Assembly: GCA_951406725.2 (NCBI GenBank)
Contig: OX597814.1
Location: 46,872,001-46,936,000 of the forward strand
From: Octopus vulgaris
Lineage: Eukaryota
Reading direction: 5' to 3'
Length of the DNA: 64,000 bases
In this document: positions 24,990 to 37,472 of the stretch, piece by piece
How the letters are laid out: each line of letters starts with the position of its first letter
Numbering within the stretch: position 1 is the stretch's first letter
Program-made: the position numbers and the translations under genes
Notes under the pieces: model-generated
Seen by the model: only the letters and a program-made list of their open reading frames with translations
What the model was told of the DNA's origin: nothing
Database searches by the model: none

Positions 24990-27000
24990 GTCAGGGGATC
25001 TTGGTGCAACAATGGGCCTCAGAAATAATGTTCAGGTTCACCATGGTGGACATGCCCAGAAACATCAATCACTGCTTTGTTGCTTTATGGGTGAATATAA
25101 GAACAGGAATGCTGATTCTGAAAGAAAAGCAAACTGTGCAATCAGTTTTTAGGTAGTTTCCTGCAACCTGCATCTAGGAAAGGGTTGTAATGCTGGGAAG
25201 TATAAATTCTAAAGCTTCATTGCATAAGTATTATCTCTTGCAATGAGGATTTCTGATTTCTAAAATCTGATACCAAAGAAGAGTCTGGAATGTCTGGTGA
25301 TGGAACAAGCCTGGATGTGTAGGAAGATTTTAATCAGACCTATCCTCTATATGTCAATTTGTGTGGTAATAGTTGGCAGCTACCTCAAGCAGCCGTATGT
25401 ATGGACAGTGCTGATTGCTTCAACTGGAGAGGGGCCTAGGTAAAAGCGTTTCTCAAATCATTCACTCAGAACAGTTGCTGAATAGGAGACAAAGCCAAGA
25501 GTGCTGCTCAGACTTGTCATATAGAATATGAAACCTGTTGTTGTCTGTTATGGAACATGCTGACTTCAACATAGAACATCTCTCATAGCCAGTGAACTGA
25601 TGTTTGAGACCAAGCTGTTTAAAAGGGCTCTCTTCTTTAGGTTGACAAATATTACACATTCTTTGGAAAATCATTGGCATTGCTGGGGAGAATGATCTGT
25701 TACCATAACTGCCAAAGCCCAGTTATCATCTGATGTTGCCTTACCTAGTATCTGTGCACCAGTCATGTTGTCTGTCAATCAGCCTAAGGACTTCTTCTAA
25801 CAGCTACTAACTACAGTCATCCTCAGGGGTGATTTTAACAAATGGAAGATCATACAAACTTGGAACTGTAATTGGAGACTATGACAATGGAAAAATTAAC
25901 AGCAGCAGTTTCAGATTCCTTTGTGTGTGCCAGCCATGATGTCATTACATTATCCAGCAAAACATATTCAAAATCTCATGACATTGTTTTCATTATTGTT
26001 GGATAAATAGGTCTTAATGATGTTTGGCTCATCTAGTGGCAAATATGAGATTACAAATGTGCCTTTTAAAATAAAGAGCACACAAAACCAGGGGCCCAAC
26101 TCCTGCCAACTCAAAAACCTTGTTATTTGTAAGGACTTTCGCCACTCTGTAGCTATTAAGTTAAGAGATTTAGAGGCTTTCTTTTTCCCTGGAATCAACT
26201 TGGATAACAAATTGCTGTTGTTCAGTTTCACACTCTTTGCTGCTAATGTTGAGGCCTTCAGATTCAAAATAAAGTAGCATCAACACTGGTTTCATGACTA
26301 ACATACACAAAGCTCCCAGAACAACTAGAACAATTCCTCTTTATATTTAAATGCAGTAGTTGTAGGCTTTTTCTGGATGAAGTTCAATCTACTCTTCAAA
26401 TCCTGAAAACTGAATAGTGGATTGCTAAAAGCTCAGGAAATTCAGCTGCTTTTAGGCAGGAACGACGTGCATAACTTATGATACAATGAAAATTCTCTAT
26501 GACCCCAGGAACTATTTCATGACATCAGTCAAATCAGCTGATAACAGGTCACCAATCAAAGTTATCTAAAAAATCAAGTGCTAGAAGTGCTAGGGGAAAA
26601 CACTACACCAGCTGCCAAATTGGAGCATTCCAGTGGATTCAGCAGTGGAGAATTGCTAATTTTTTGTGCAGGAACTTTGGCTGATGCTTCAGAAGCAAAT
26701 ATCCAGAAGTCTAAACACTAGCTATATGAAAATATCACGACCATTTATAAAGGCAAGGGAAACAAGTTTTTCTGCCCTGACTGTAAGGGACAGCACTCCT
26801 GTCTTTTTACAGGAGAAAGTCCTAACCGAGTTTAAGCTGAAGAGACTGGTCCAATCGATAATAGAGAACATAATCTGGCTTACACAAACCCGAGATTGAC
26901 GAGCTTTGTGACAAGGCAGCTTGAAAACAATTTAAATCTGTTTGTCATTCACCAAAAATTGAACATCTGTATGATAATTTCAGAAAATTTTGTTACCCAT
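24990..27000 (+). mobile_element. Highly decayed LINE remnant(s); boundaries approximate
   Basis: TVILRGDFN (APE motif, near 25813) and TIYKGKGNK...KVLTEFKLKRL (RT N-terminal region, near 26740); many stops. Confidence 0.4.
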
Positions 27001-27283
27001 ACAAATTTACAAACCTTCTACACCAGCACTGTACAAGAATGATTTCCCATTTTGTTGTTGATGGACAGAAGTTGAAGCTATTCAGTGTGAAAATGTAAAA
27101 CAAGAACTTTTTAATGATTTTCTCAATATCCGATGATCATCAGGTTTCTTATTTCTGGACATATACATAGTATTGTATCAGATTTGATTGTAGATCCTTT
27201 CCAATTTTCATAGTATTTTTCATACATTGCTGTAAGTTACTATCTGCCTTATCTTTGTATATATGTATGTGTGTGCGTATACA

Positions 27284-28497
27284 CAGGGTGCATAAGGTAT
27301 TTGAGGACATAATTTTTTGGCTCATTGCTGCAGTTTTTGCTAACTCTGTATAATCTTTGTTTCAAAAAATAATAAAGGCAGATCCTCAGCTTACTCAAGA
27401 AGTAAAGAGGCATGCTGTTATTGTGGTTATAAAGGCTGATTTAGAAATATCTCAATTTTTAGAAGTTGCCAGATCTTTCGTCTGCAAAGTTTGTAAGATC
27501 CTAGAGACTGAAGATGAAATGTATCACAAGTATCAAAGCATAAAAGACATTCTAAATGCTCTGAAATCATCAGAACACCTGAATTTATCCAGCAAATGCA
27601 ACAGACCATTGATTACAATCCCAGAAAGTCCATGAGGTAAATTGCAAAAGGTCTCCATGTTTCAGAAGTAACAGTCAGAAATATCGTCCATGGAGATATC
27701 AGATATGTCTTATATGATGTGGAACGGTCAATTTGACAGCAAATGCAAAAGAAAATCACTACATCAGATTTTAAAGGCTCTTAAACAAACTGAAAAATCC
27801 AGCAGATGATGATTTGATTTGGTTTTTCTCAAATGAGAAAAACGTCGACCAAGATCAAAAAGTTAACAGAAGAAATGACAGATGGTTATGTGCAGACTCT
27901 TCTGAAGTTCCAAGTGTTATACATACAAAATTTTCTGCAACTGTCATGGTTTTAGGGGTTGTCAGTAATGAAAGACATGAGATGCCTCCTTGCTTCTTTC
28001 CACAAGGCCTTAGAATTAACTCTGCCACCTACATTGAGGTCCTGGAAATAATTGTTAAGCCCTGGATAGACAGTATGCAATGGAAGGTCATATGTGTTTC
28101 AGTAAGACTCTGCACTATCACATGGCTCTAATAACACAGGAATGGATGGCTGAAAATTTTCATGATCACATAACTGCTAACATTTGGCCTCCTAGTTCCC
28201 CAGATCCCAATCTATTGGACTATTACATGTGGAGTGTTGTTGAGAGAGAGGTCAAGGAACACGCCCATAACACCAAGGATTCTTTGAAAGCTGCCATAGA
28301 GTAATGTCCAAAATAAACCAGGACCACTTGAATTGAGCATGTAGATGATTTATATCTGATATAGAAGCAGTTGTTGAAGCTGAAGATGGCTTCATTGAAT
28401 AACATTATAGAAAAGGTTTATTTTTATCCTCATAGCATTTTTGATAAAGTTATTATCTGTTATTATATAACTGTCTTCAAATATCTTGCTCACTCTG
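27284..28497 (+). mobile_element. Tc1/mariner superfamily maT (DD37D) transposon, near full length, pseudogenised
   Basis: Imperfect TIRs CAGGGTG..AAGGTATTTGAGGACA / TGTCTTCAAATATCTT..CACTCTG; IWFFSNEK, VMVLGVVS and WPPSSPDPNLLDY; 37 residues between D2 and D3 after frameshift repair. Confidence 0.85.
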
Positions 28498-28792
28498 TAT
28501 ATATAGTTTTTCTACCTGGCCAGCTCCTGTCAGCCATCCTACTCATGCATGCATGGAAGATGGTTCTTAAATGATAATGATATATATGAATGTAAGATCC
28601 AAGGATCGATGTGTAGGTAGAAAGTGAGCTTCAAGCAATCTGTAGAAAATATAAAAAAACAACTTTCAGGAACAATAATGGTTTATTGGGGCGGAAGTTT
28701 GGATTTTTTTCTGTATTGAAGTATGATAAACTGAAAAAAATTATTTTATATTTCATGGTAAGCATCTGGGGTTGCCAAGTATGTGAATAAAA

Positions 28793-28927
28793 ATCCAAGG
28801 GTTTAAGGAATGGAGTAGATAAAATCCAGGCTACACGTTTCACAGCAAGTGGAATCTTGGAAGATTCCACTCGCTATGAAACATATGTAGTCCAGATTTT
28901 ATCTACTCGATTCCTTAACTCTTGGAT
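28793..28927. repeat. Imperfect palindrome, ~66-bp arms, 2-nt loop
   Basis: ...CAGCAAGTGGAATCTT-GG-AAGATTCCACTCGCT...; arms are reverse complements. Confidence 0.85.
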
Positions 28928-29268
28928 ATATACATAGTATGACATTTTATATAAAATTTGAATATAAAAATTGACAGCTTATAGATATTTATAGTTGAAG
29001 TTTTACCTATGGTAGAGGGTCAATACTTTATAAATTGTTTCATTCAGTTGTCTTATATTTTCTCATCATTGTATATGTAGTTATTTTTTAAAAAAAATAT
29101 AAGAAAGAAAATTAATATATTCTTACTTGAAGGATTGCACTTCTGTGGATGAATTTTCAGATTCTAGATTTTTAATTTTTGAATTTGTAAAACTTAAACA
29201 ATTCATATTTTTTTTAGGAATATGAAAATTGGTCTAAAATTTTATTTTAAATGTTTTTCTATTTTTAG

Positions 29269-29420
29269 TGATATGGTTAGATGGTTCTGTTCCGGTAAAG
29301 TATGGTCTCAGACTTAACATGGATGAAAAATATAAAACCTTAAAGAAAGAACTTAGTAAACTCACTGATATTGCTGCAAACCAAATCCTTTTTGTAGAAA
29401 TATTTGGCTCAATTGTAAAG
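29269..29420 (+). CDS. USP32: USP32 exon: VIWLDGSVPVKYGLRLNMDEKYKTLKKELSKL...EIFGSIVK
   Basis: ttttag| acceptor, AAG|gtaagt donor; YGLRLNMDEKY motif. Confidence 0.95.
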
Positions 29421-29764
29421 GTAAGTTTTAATATGATCGACAATATTTTTAAGTGTGTAAGAGTAGTTAGGCATCAGAGGCTTCATTTATATAAGACATA
29501 TAATGTAAATGGATGAATTATGTTAGGTGAAAACTTGCAATGAATCAATGGCATGGTAGATATAAACCAAAGAAAATATGGTAGCAAATGTTAAGGTCAT
29601 TTCAGAGAATACTGGACCCGAAAATGACATATGTTATGAAAGTGCCTGGCAAGATGTTGTATTGCTTCTGAGTCCAATATATTTTAATATGGAAGAAGAA
29701 AAGAAAAGGATGAAGAGAAATGTTGATAAGTGAATAAGTTAAACAAATCAGGATAACATTAGAG

Positions 29765-30190
29765 TTGCAGGCATAACTGTGTGGTTGAGAAGTTCACTTC
29801 CCAACCGCTTGATTTGGGGTTCAATCGAATTGCATGGCACTTTGGACAGGTGTCTACTATTATTGCTCCAGGCTGACCAATGCCTTGTGAGTGGATTTGG
29901 AAGACAGAAACTGAAAGAAGTCCTTTGTGTATGAATATATGTATGTGTTCATGCATACTGATATGTGTGTCTATGCATTTGTTTATATTTGCATTTCTTC
30001 TGAAATCATGACTTGCAGGTGGTGATGTTATTTTTCCTGTTAGAAAAATCATCTGCAAGCTTTGCACCCTCAAAGATACATAAAATAAATGATCCCTTAC
30101 TTGAAAACAGAAGGATTAAGGCTGTAAAATAATGAAACTGTAATGTATTCATCTAACCCATGCTAGCATGGAAAAATGGATGTAAAAGCA
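29765..30190 (+). mobile_element. SINE with an RTE-like tail
   Basis: CTGTGTGGTTGAGAAG, GGGGTTCAATC and GACCAATGCCTTGTGAGTGGATTTGG; tail AACCCATGCTAGCATGGAAAA. Confidence 0.7.
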
Positions 30191-30643
30191 AATGGATTAC
30201 TATCATCTTGGCACACTAAATTTTTGTTAGTTTATTTATAAAATGAATTATCTTATCTTATCTTATATTCATACTTTGAATTGTTTTTGAAGGGGATACT
30301 CCACTCAGAAAAATTAATTCTAATTTTGTAAAAATTCAAACTTTAGGATTATATTTGAGAATGTATATATTTTTAAGATTTTAGAATTTTATAATTTTTA
30401 TTATTTTCTTATTTTGCTTTTGGGAAATGACAAAATAAATTGGGGTTGATATTCTTTCTGAAAAGTTAAAAAGCATTACAGAAAAATTGCAACAAAGGAC
30501 TATTTTTAATAATGTTTTTGCATATAAATATTTATTTTGAAAATAAATTTCATTGTGAAATTGTGTATTTTTAAATTATAGCAACCAAATTGTAGATATT
30601 CCAGTTGTATAAATATATTGTTTTGCTTTTTCTTGTATTGTAG

Positions 30644-30872
30644 ACACTACCTCAAGATAATCAAAAAGTTCGAACTCTACTTGGAGGGAGTTTATATGCT
30701 TATGAGTTACCTCCTCCTGCCTCAAATAGTGACACTGATATTGGTTCAACAGATTCATCAATTGCTATTATTACAGCTTCTGTCAGCACTACAACTAATT
30801 CTACAGCAATTCCAACAACAGCTGGTAAAGAATGTATTGGTTTAAGTGAAATACAAAGGGGATTATCAACAA
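30644..30872 (+). CDS. USP32: USP32 exon: TLPQDNQKVRTLLGGSLYAYELPPP... (alternative donor at 30824)
   Basis: tgtag| acceptor; PQDNQKVR motif; two phase-1 donors (30824|gtaaag and 30872|gtgagt). Confidence 0.82.
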
Positions 30873-30974
30873 GTGAGTCCTTTTAAATTTGTTCTATTAA
30901 ACATTTTCAATGAGAATAAAAAGCAAAACAGTTTTTCACTCATGTACAATCTTTTTATTTTATTTACCCTACAG

Positions 30975-31234
30975 GAAGAAGTCCATATCATAATGTAAAC
31001 AAGAATGGATCAAATTCTGGCTCACTTCCTCAAAACAATAGTTGGGACCCCCCATCTCAAAATTCAGACTTTTCTTCTCATTCCTGCCTGACTAATGGTA
31101 ATTCTGGAAGCAGTAATGGCCATTCACGGAATCCAAGTAATGCCAGTTCTTGTAGTAGCTCACTAAGTGACAGTTTAACACGATCTGTTGGTGATGTTTT
31201 CAAAGGATTTATTATTGCTGTTCATAGGAAGATG
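30975..31234 (+). CDS. USP32: USP32 exon, Ser/Asn-rich linker ending FKGFIIAVHRKM
   Basis: ctacag| acceptor, ATG|gtaagt donor; IIAVHRKM motif. Confidence 0.9.
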
Positions 31235-32970
31235 GTAAGTCTTTGTAACAAACTGTAATTTCAAATATTATAAGGTTTAAATTTCATTGCATGTGTGTGT
31301 GTTCATGTGTGTGCACTTGCATTTCACATTAGGAATTTAAATTTCAAATATCTCGATGTGAGGTGCCAGTTGCCATAATCATAAATAATTCTTGCCCCTT
31401 GAAATTGAGTACTGTCTTTGAACTTCTCTCCTGTGCGTACAAATACACACATTCATGCATTTGTATATATGAATGTATATTTTGGCATCATCATGTTTTT
31501 TAAAGCCTTTCTACTTTTAATTTAGAAACAAAAATAGTTTTCGCAGCAAAATTATTTTTATATATACTTTCATACATATTTGTTTGAAGATTTCAAAGCA
31601 AAGCTGTCATATTATGGATTTCAACCATGATATTCTTATAATTAAACATACATTTGACCTCATACATGAAAATTAAAATACACTGAAACCAAAATATCTA
31701 AGTAATGATAAAAGGTAATTTTCAACTGTGAGAGAATAAGTGAGAAAATGTAATTGGTTAAAGTGTGTCTGAAACAATATGGGTTCTAATAGCATTTTAA
31801 TAATGAAGAGATATAATGCTAACATGTAGTTACCAGATAATGCATGTGTTGACATGCCACTTTGTATTGTCCTGCAAAATCATATTATTGATTGGTGGAA
31901 AACAAATCAAACCTAGTATCTCCAAATATTCTGTAGCTTTTCACATAACTATCTCCTGTCTGATCTCTTTTATTAGTTATAGACTCTTGTTACTCTGCTT
32001 CACAAAATAACATATCCATATCTTTTAGCTTTACAAATTAGGATGTCCACATCACTTCAAATATACTTCTGTCTATTGACAGCTTGATCCATCTCATTGA
32101 TTAATAGTTTGAAGCCATCCTCCTAGCCTAGCAGCATGGAACATTTACAAACTCCCTACTTTTTGATTTGTCTCCTACCCTAGTAGACTGATTGTCTAGT
32201 TTAGCTGTGCTTCTGTCTTCTGTACCTTGCAACCTTCTTTTAATCATTGCTTGACTGAGCCATCCTCATACATATAACTAATCAAAGGCTTACAATAAAT
32301 AATCTTTTATGTAACATCCAGCCAAATAAGTTATATACCACTGTATTTCATCTGGACAATGGAGAGAGTGTAATATATCCAGTGTCTGTCACACTGCATC
32401 TGTGGGAGGATCCATCTCTATATATTTAGGTGTGAAATATGGCATTCATCTTAACTGAGAAATGCTATAACATTGAAGATGGATATGTGGGTTGTGCCTT
32501 GTCATTCATTAGATTAACTGTTTGCCATGGAAGTACTCAATCAAAGCTGATCTGGTTTGCTCAAGTGCAACAATCGAAAAGATAATGAGGAGGTAACTGA
32601 GAGCACAGCCAGTCACTGAAAATAATGGACTAACTTTAACAGATTTTAATAAATTTGGATTCAATTCAAATCTAGTTAGGACATTTATGTTTCCTCTGTA
32701 CACTATATTTGTATCTGTATTTTATGTATACCTCTGTGTGTGAGTGTAGTAAAATTTTAAAAACATTCAGATTTTCCTAATATTTTTACTATATAAAATG
32801 TCATTCTTCAAAAAAATAATATTCTCAACAAAACTTGAAATACTTATTGGCTTTATATGTTGTATAAAAACTCTCAAATCAGCTTTTAGTGTAAGGATTT
32901 GGTATATTTGCCTAAAATACATTATTGATGCCTTGCATATTGGTAAGAAAGGAACTTCTTTCATTTTTAG

Positions 32971-33161
32971 ATCCATGTGGATGACTATTTCTTGTCATCT
33001 CAAAAAGCCCATCCAGATCTGTTTGGTACACCTTTGATTTTACCATGTCAAGAAAGCACATCTAATCAGAATCTTTACCAATTTGTCTGGACTCAAGTGG
33101 CCCGCTTAGTGAGCCCGCTACCACCATCAGAAGCTAAGATTCCGAATCATGCACAAGACTG
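32971..33161 (+). CDS. USP32: USP32 exon: IHVDDYFLSSQKAHPDLFGTPLILPC...SPLPPSEAKIPNHAQD
   Basis: ttttag| acceptor, TG|gtttgt donor; phase 2. Confidence 0.93.
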
Positions 33162-33342
33162 GTTTGTATTTTTATTTTTCTCTATCTTAAGTTGTATATT
33201 TTCCTTTTGATGATAGAATTTGTCAGTATGCTTCTGTATCGTCCAACTTATATAGGAAACTGATGCTTTTAAGTTTGGTACCTTCTTTGATATATCTATT
33301 ATTTTAGTGAGTTTTTGTTTATTGCTAAATATGCTATTTTGA

Positions 33343-33724
33343 TTACTCTTTTACTTGTTTCAGTCATTTGACTGCGGCCATGCTGGAGCACTGCCTTTAG
33401 TTGAGCAAATCGACCCCGGGACTTATTCTTTGTAAGCCCAGTACTTATTCTATCAGTCTCTTTTGCTGAACCACTAAGTGACAGGGACGTAAACACACCA
33501 GCATCGGTTGTCAAGCAATGCTAGGGGGACAAACAGACATACACATATATATACATATATACGACAGGCTTCTTTCAGTTTCCGTCTACCAAATCCACTC
33601 ACAAGGCATTGGTCGGCCCAGGGCTATAGCAGAAGACACTTGGCTAAGATTCCATGCAGTGGGACTGAACCCGGAACCATGTGGTTGGTTAGCAAGCTAC
33701 TTACCACACAGCCACTCCTGCGCC
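33343..33724 (-). mobile_element. Full-length young tRNA-derived SINE
   Basis: Minus strand starts GGCGCAGGAGTGGCTGTGTGGTAAG (A box)...GGGTTCAGTCCC (B box); internal TA tract; tail GACTGAAACAAGTAAAAGAG. Confidence 0.85.
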
Positions 33725-34084
33725 TATATAAAATATATAGACACCATATATAAAATTTAATGTGATAAGGTTAAGATACTAAGGCCATTCTATACAATTT
33801 CTGTTGCATCCCTAAGCAAGCCACCTCACTTCAGTTTTGCTTTTCATTTTTACTGTAGCAGGAAAATATGCCTGTGTGTAACTTACTGAAATCTATTCTG
33901 TTTATACTGTACAAAATTGATATTATGATGATATTTAGATGAAAGTGGTAGTTTTGTATCAATGAATTAAATCCAATAAACTAGGTTATGAAATTATAAG
34001 GTGCATGGAGCTGAATCAAACTGTTTTAGATAATAATATCTATAACTCCTACTCAATGTGTTGAGTGCCTCTTTTGTTTGTCTG

Positions 34085-34382
34085 TCCACACATCTGTAAA
34101 AGTGCCCATGTGGTGTCATGTAAAAGCACCTGTGTAGTGCCACGTAAAAGTGCCAATGCAGTGCCATGTAAAAGAGCCCGTGCAGCACCATGTACATGTG
34201 CTTGTGTCGTGCCATGTAAAAGCACCCAGCATACTCTGTAAAGTGGTTGGCATTAGGAATGGCATCCAGCCATAAAAGTCATGCCAAATCAGATTGGAGT
34301 CTGGTGCAGTTCCCTAGCTTGCCAGCTCTGACCAAACTGTCCAACTCATGCCAGCATGGACAGTGGATGTTAAATGATGATA
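34085..34382 (+). mobile_element. RTE 3'UTR fragment with a ~23-bp minisatellite
   Basis: Repeated (C/T)GTAAAAG(C/T)ACC...GTGCCA units, then GTGGTTGGCATTAGGAA...CATGCCAGCATGG...GATGA. Confidence 0.7.
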
Positions 34383-34392
34383 TATATATATA

Positions 34393-34650
34393 TAAATTAG
34401 AGAAAAACCACTATTATGTAATTCAAGATAAGACATAAACCATATCATATAGGAAAAATAAAATATATTATAAAACATATATCTAGATCACAAAAAGTAC
34501 AAAAAATGAATAAATAAACATTATATAATAAGTTGAAAGATAATTACATAATAGTGGGTTGTCTCTAATTTATATATATTATATATTTATATTGTGAAAT
34601 TTGATTTAATACTAAAAGTGATTTTTTTCCCTGTAAGTTTGGAGTATTAT
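34393..34650. repeat. Second copy of the fold-back element family
   Basis: TAAATTAGAGAAAAACCACTATTATGTAATT is inverted near 34542-34572, followed by the same TTTTTCCCTGTAAGTTTGGA extension as the 12244 copy. Confidence 0.7.
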
Positions 34651-34679
34651 TTTATGTCAAGATGCCATGATAGATTGTT

Positions 34680-34855
34680 AGCTACTACACACATTTTTTT
34701 TTCTCTCCTTGTTTTTTTCTGTGTATCTTTCTGTTGAAGAGCATAGGCTCGAAACGTAAAAGACTTTTTCTATTCCTGAGCGCTATACTAATACATTTGT
34801 TTGTTTGTACTCCACCTGCCTTCGTCTTTTGTTTATTTTCGTAAACTTTCCCTTT
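34680..34855 (+). mobile_element. Solo Penelope pLTR fragment with a hammerhead-like motif
   Basis: Resembles the reverse complement of 2870-3010; TCTTT-CTGTTGA-A-GAGC-ATAG-GCTC-GAAACGTA-AAAGA at 34726-34763. Confidence 0.7.
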
Positions 34856-36317
34856 CATCATCATCATCATCATTTAACGTCCGTTTTCCGTGCTAGCATG
34901 GGTTGGATGGTTCGACTGGGGTCTGGGAAGCCAGGGGCTGCACCGGGCTCCAGTCTGATCTGGCAGTGTTTCTACAGCTGGATGCCTTTCCTAATGCCAA
35001 CCACTCCGTGAGTGTAGTGGGTGCTTTTTACGTGCCACTGGCACAGGTGCCAGGGGAGTCTGGCATCAGCCACGATCGGTTGGTGCTTTTAATGTGCCAC
35101 TGGCATGGAAGCCAGTCAAGGTGGCGCTGGCATCGGCGACGTTCGGATGGTGCTTTTTATGTGCCACTGGCACAGAAGCCAGTCGAGGCGGCACTGGCAT
35201 CGGCGACGTTCGGATGGTGCTTTTTATGTGCCACCGGCACAGGTATCGCAACTACCATTTCCATTGATATTTATTTCGATGTTCATGTACTTGACTCAAT
35301 AGGTCTCCTCAAGCACAGCGGGATGTTCTGGAATCCAAGGTACTTTGAATGGGCAGGGGCTATGTGGGACTGGTGCAGGAAGCAGCCCGGGTCTTTGCAG
35401 TCACAGCATATCTCCAGAGATCTCGGTCCTTCGTCATTGCTTCTGTGAGGCCCAACGCTCTGAGGTCATGCTTGACTACCTCATCCCATGTCTTCCTGGG
35501 TCTACCTCTCCCCCTGATACCTTCAACTGTTTGGGAGCGGCACTTCTTCACCCACCTCTCCTCATCCATCCGCAATACATGACCATACCATCGCAAGCGT
35601 CGCTCTTGCACACCACATCTGATGCGTCTTATGTCCAGCATTTCTCTCAGGGTGCTTATCCTCTGTCGTGCGCGCACACTGACATTACACATCCAGCGGA
35701 TCATGCTAGCTTCATTTCTTTCAAGTCTACGCATGTCCTCTGCAGTCACAGCCCATGTTTCACTACCGTGAAGCATGGCAGTTCGCACACATGCATCATA
35801 CAATCTACCTTTCACTCTGAGCGAGAGACCCTTTGTTGCCCGTAGGGGTAGGAGCTTTCTAAATTTTGCCCAGGCTATTTGTAGTCTAGTGGCGACACTC
35901 TCTGAGCATCCACCTCCACTACTAACTTGGTCACCCAGGTAGCGGAAACTATCAACTACTTCTAGTTTTTTCCCCTGGATTGTGATGGAATCTGTTTTCT
36001 GAGAATCTGTGGTGTCTATTGTACCTGTGCATCTGCCGCACATGAAGGCTATCTTATAAGTTAATTTCCCTTTGATGTTGCTGCACCTCTTATGCGTCTA
36101 TAGCTTACACTGGGTACATCTTATGGAGTTTCTACCTACACCTTTCCTACAGATCAAGCAGGGCCACCTGCCTGAGGGGGTGTGTGCTGAGTTCGCCTTT
36201 CTGCTTACTATAACTTTGGTCTTTGCTACATTTACTCTAAGGCCCTTTGATTCTAATCCTTGCTTCCACACCCGAAATTTCTTTTCTAGTTCCGGTAGTG
36301 ATTCTGCTATGAGAGCC
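34856..36317 (-). mobile_element. Young 5'-truncated RTE-clade LINE
   Basis: ORFs 36098..36352 and 35360..36043 (FRYLGD, RRLRWYGHVLRM, RGRGRPRKTW); (GAT)n tail; 10-bp TSD CTTTCCCTTT at 34846-34855 and 36317-36326. Confidence 0.93.
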
Positions 36318-36410
36318 TTTCCCTTTATATATATATATATGCATGCACACACACATACACAAGTAGTAGTATATTAAATTACTATTTTTTAAAAAATTTC
36401 GATTTATTTT

Positions 36411-36554
36411 ATAGAATGGTTGTATACTGTCAATCTAACGTGAACGTGACAGTAGGGGGTTACACCACCGCTGTTTAGCCCTACCCCTAAACAGCGGTGG
36501 TGTAACCCCCTACTGTCACGTTCACATCAGATTGACAGTATACAACCATTCTAT
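36411..36554. repeat. Near-perfect hairpin: 68-bp arms, 8-nt loop, 2 mismatches
   Basis: 36411-36478 is the reverse complement of 36487-36554. Confidence 0.95.
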
Positions 36555-36716
36555 CGCCCCACCACCGTACATATCTCTATGAGAGATTTAGAAATGTAAT
36601 ATTTCTGATTTATTTTATCCTGCACATTAATTTCTAAATGGAAGATATTTTGTGGTTTTAAAGCAGAAACAACATTTGCTACAGGGCAAATTACTAAATT
36701 ATCAATTACTTTTTAG

Positions 36717-36803
36717 TGATGACAGTCTTGGCTATGAATATCCATTTACACTTAAAGTGGTTCAGAAAGATGGTTTTGCCTGTGCCTGGTGTCCTTGGTA
36801 CAA
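36717..36803 (+). CDS. USP32: USP32 exon: CDDSLGYEYPFTLKVVQKDGFACAWCPWY
   Basis: ttttag| acceptor, |gtaagt donor. Confidence 0.94.
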
Positions 36804-37472
36804 GTAAGTAACCTTGTTCAGATACTAAATTTTATTGATGTCAGAAATTCTAAAATAATTTTGTATTGTGTTTTAATCACTCAAAAAGTACTGTTAATTC
36901 ATAACCTTTAGCAACATTCTTTTTGTTCCAAATTTACTTTATTGGCTACATGCATATAAGCTTTGTAATCAAATAACTTTTGCTGTATTGGTGTGAGCAT
37001 TAAAAATGGAGTGAGCATTAAAACGTATTAGAAATAATTATGCAGTGAAGAAAACCATTATTAAACAATAACTATTATTATTTTTGTTTTCCTACAACTT
37101 AGGATATATTTTGGTCTTATTCTTCCCTCACCAATGAAATGTACCTTCATTAAATGTGTTGAAGTAGGGATGTATTAATGAAAACTTGAATTGCTTGTCC
37201 AATATACTTTGGTCAATTCATTTTGAATTACCTCTAGATAATCAATTTTTGTTTTAAACTTTAACATATATCTCAATTTATGTCAATGAGTACAATTTAA
37301 CTTTATCTTTTGACTTTATTTAAAATCACAAATTTAACAAATATTGTTGCTTTAAGAATAATATTTCAAACTTGTTAGCATTTTTTTAATGCTTTGATAT
37401 TGCATATCGTTGAGTAATTATTATTTGAAACTATATCACTGATATTGTCAATGAATGTTCTTTCTGCTATAG

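Noticed and set aside
33640-33724. tRNA gene (also 13811 and 49131)
   Set aside because: A and B boxes are present but there is no full cloverleaf, and each continues into a SINE body.
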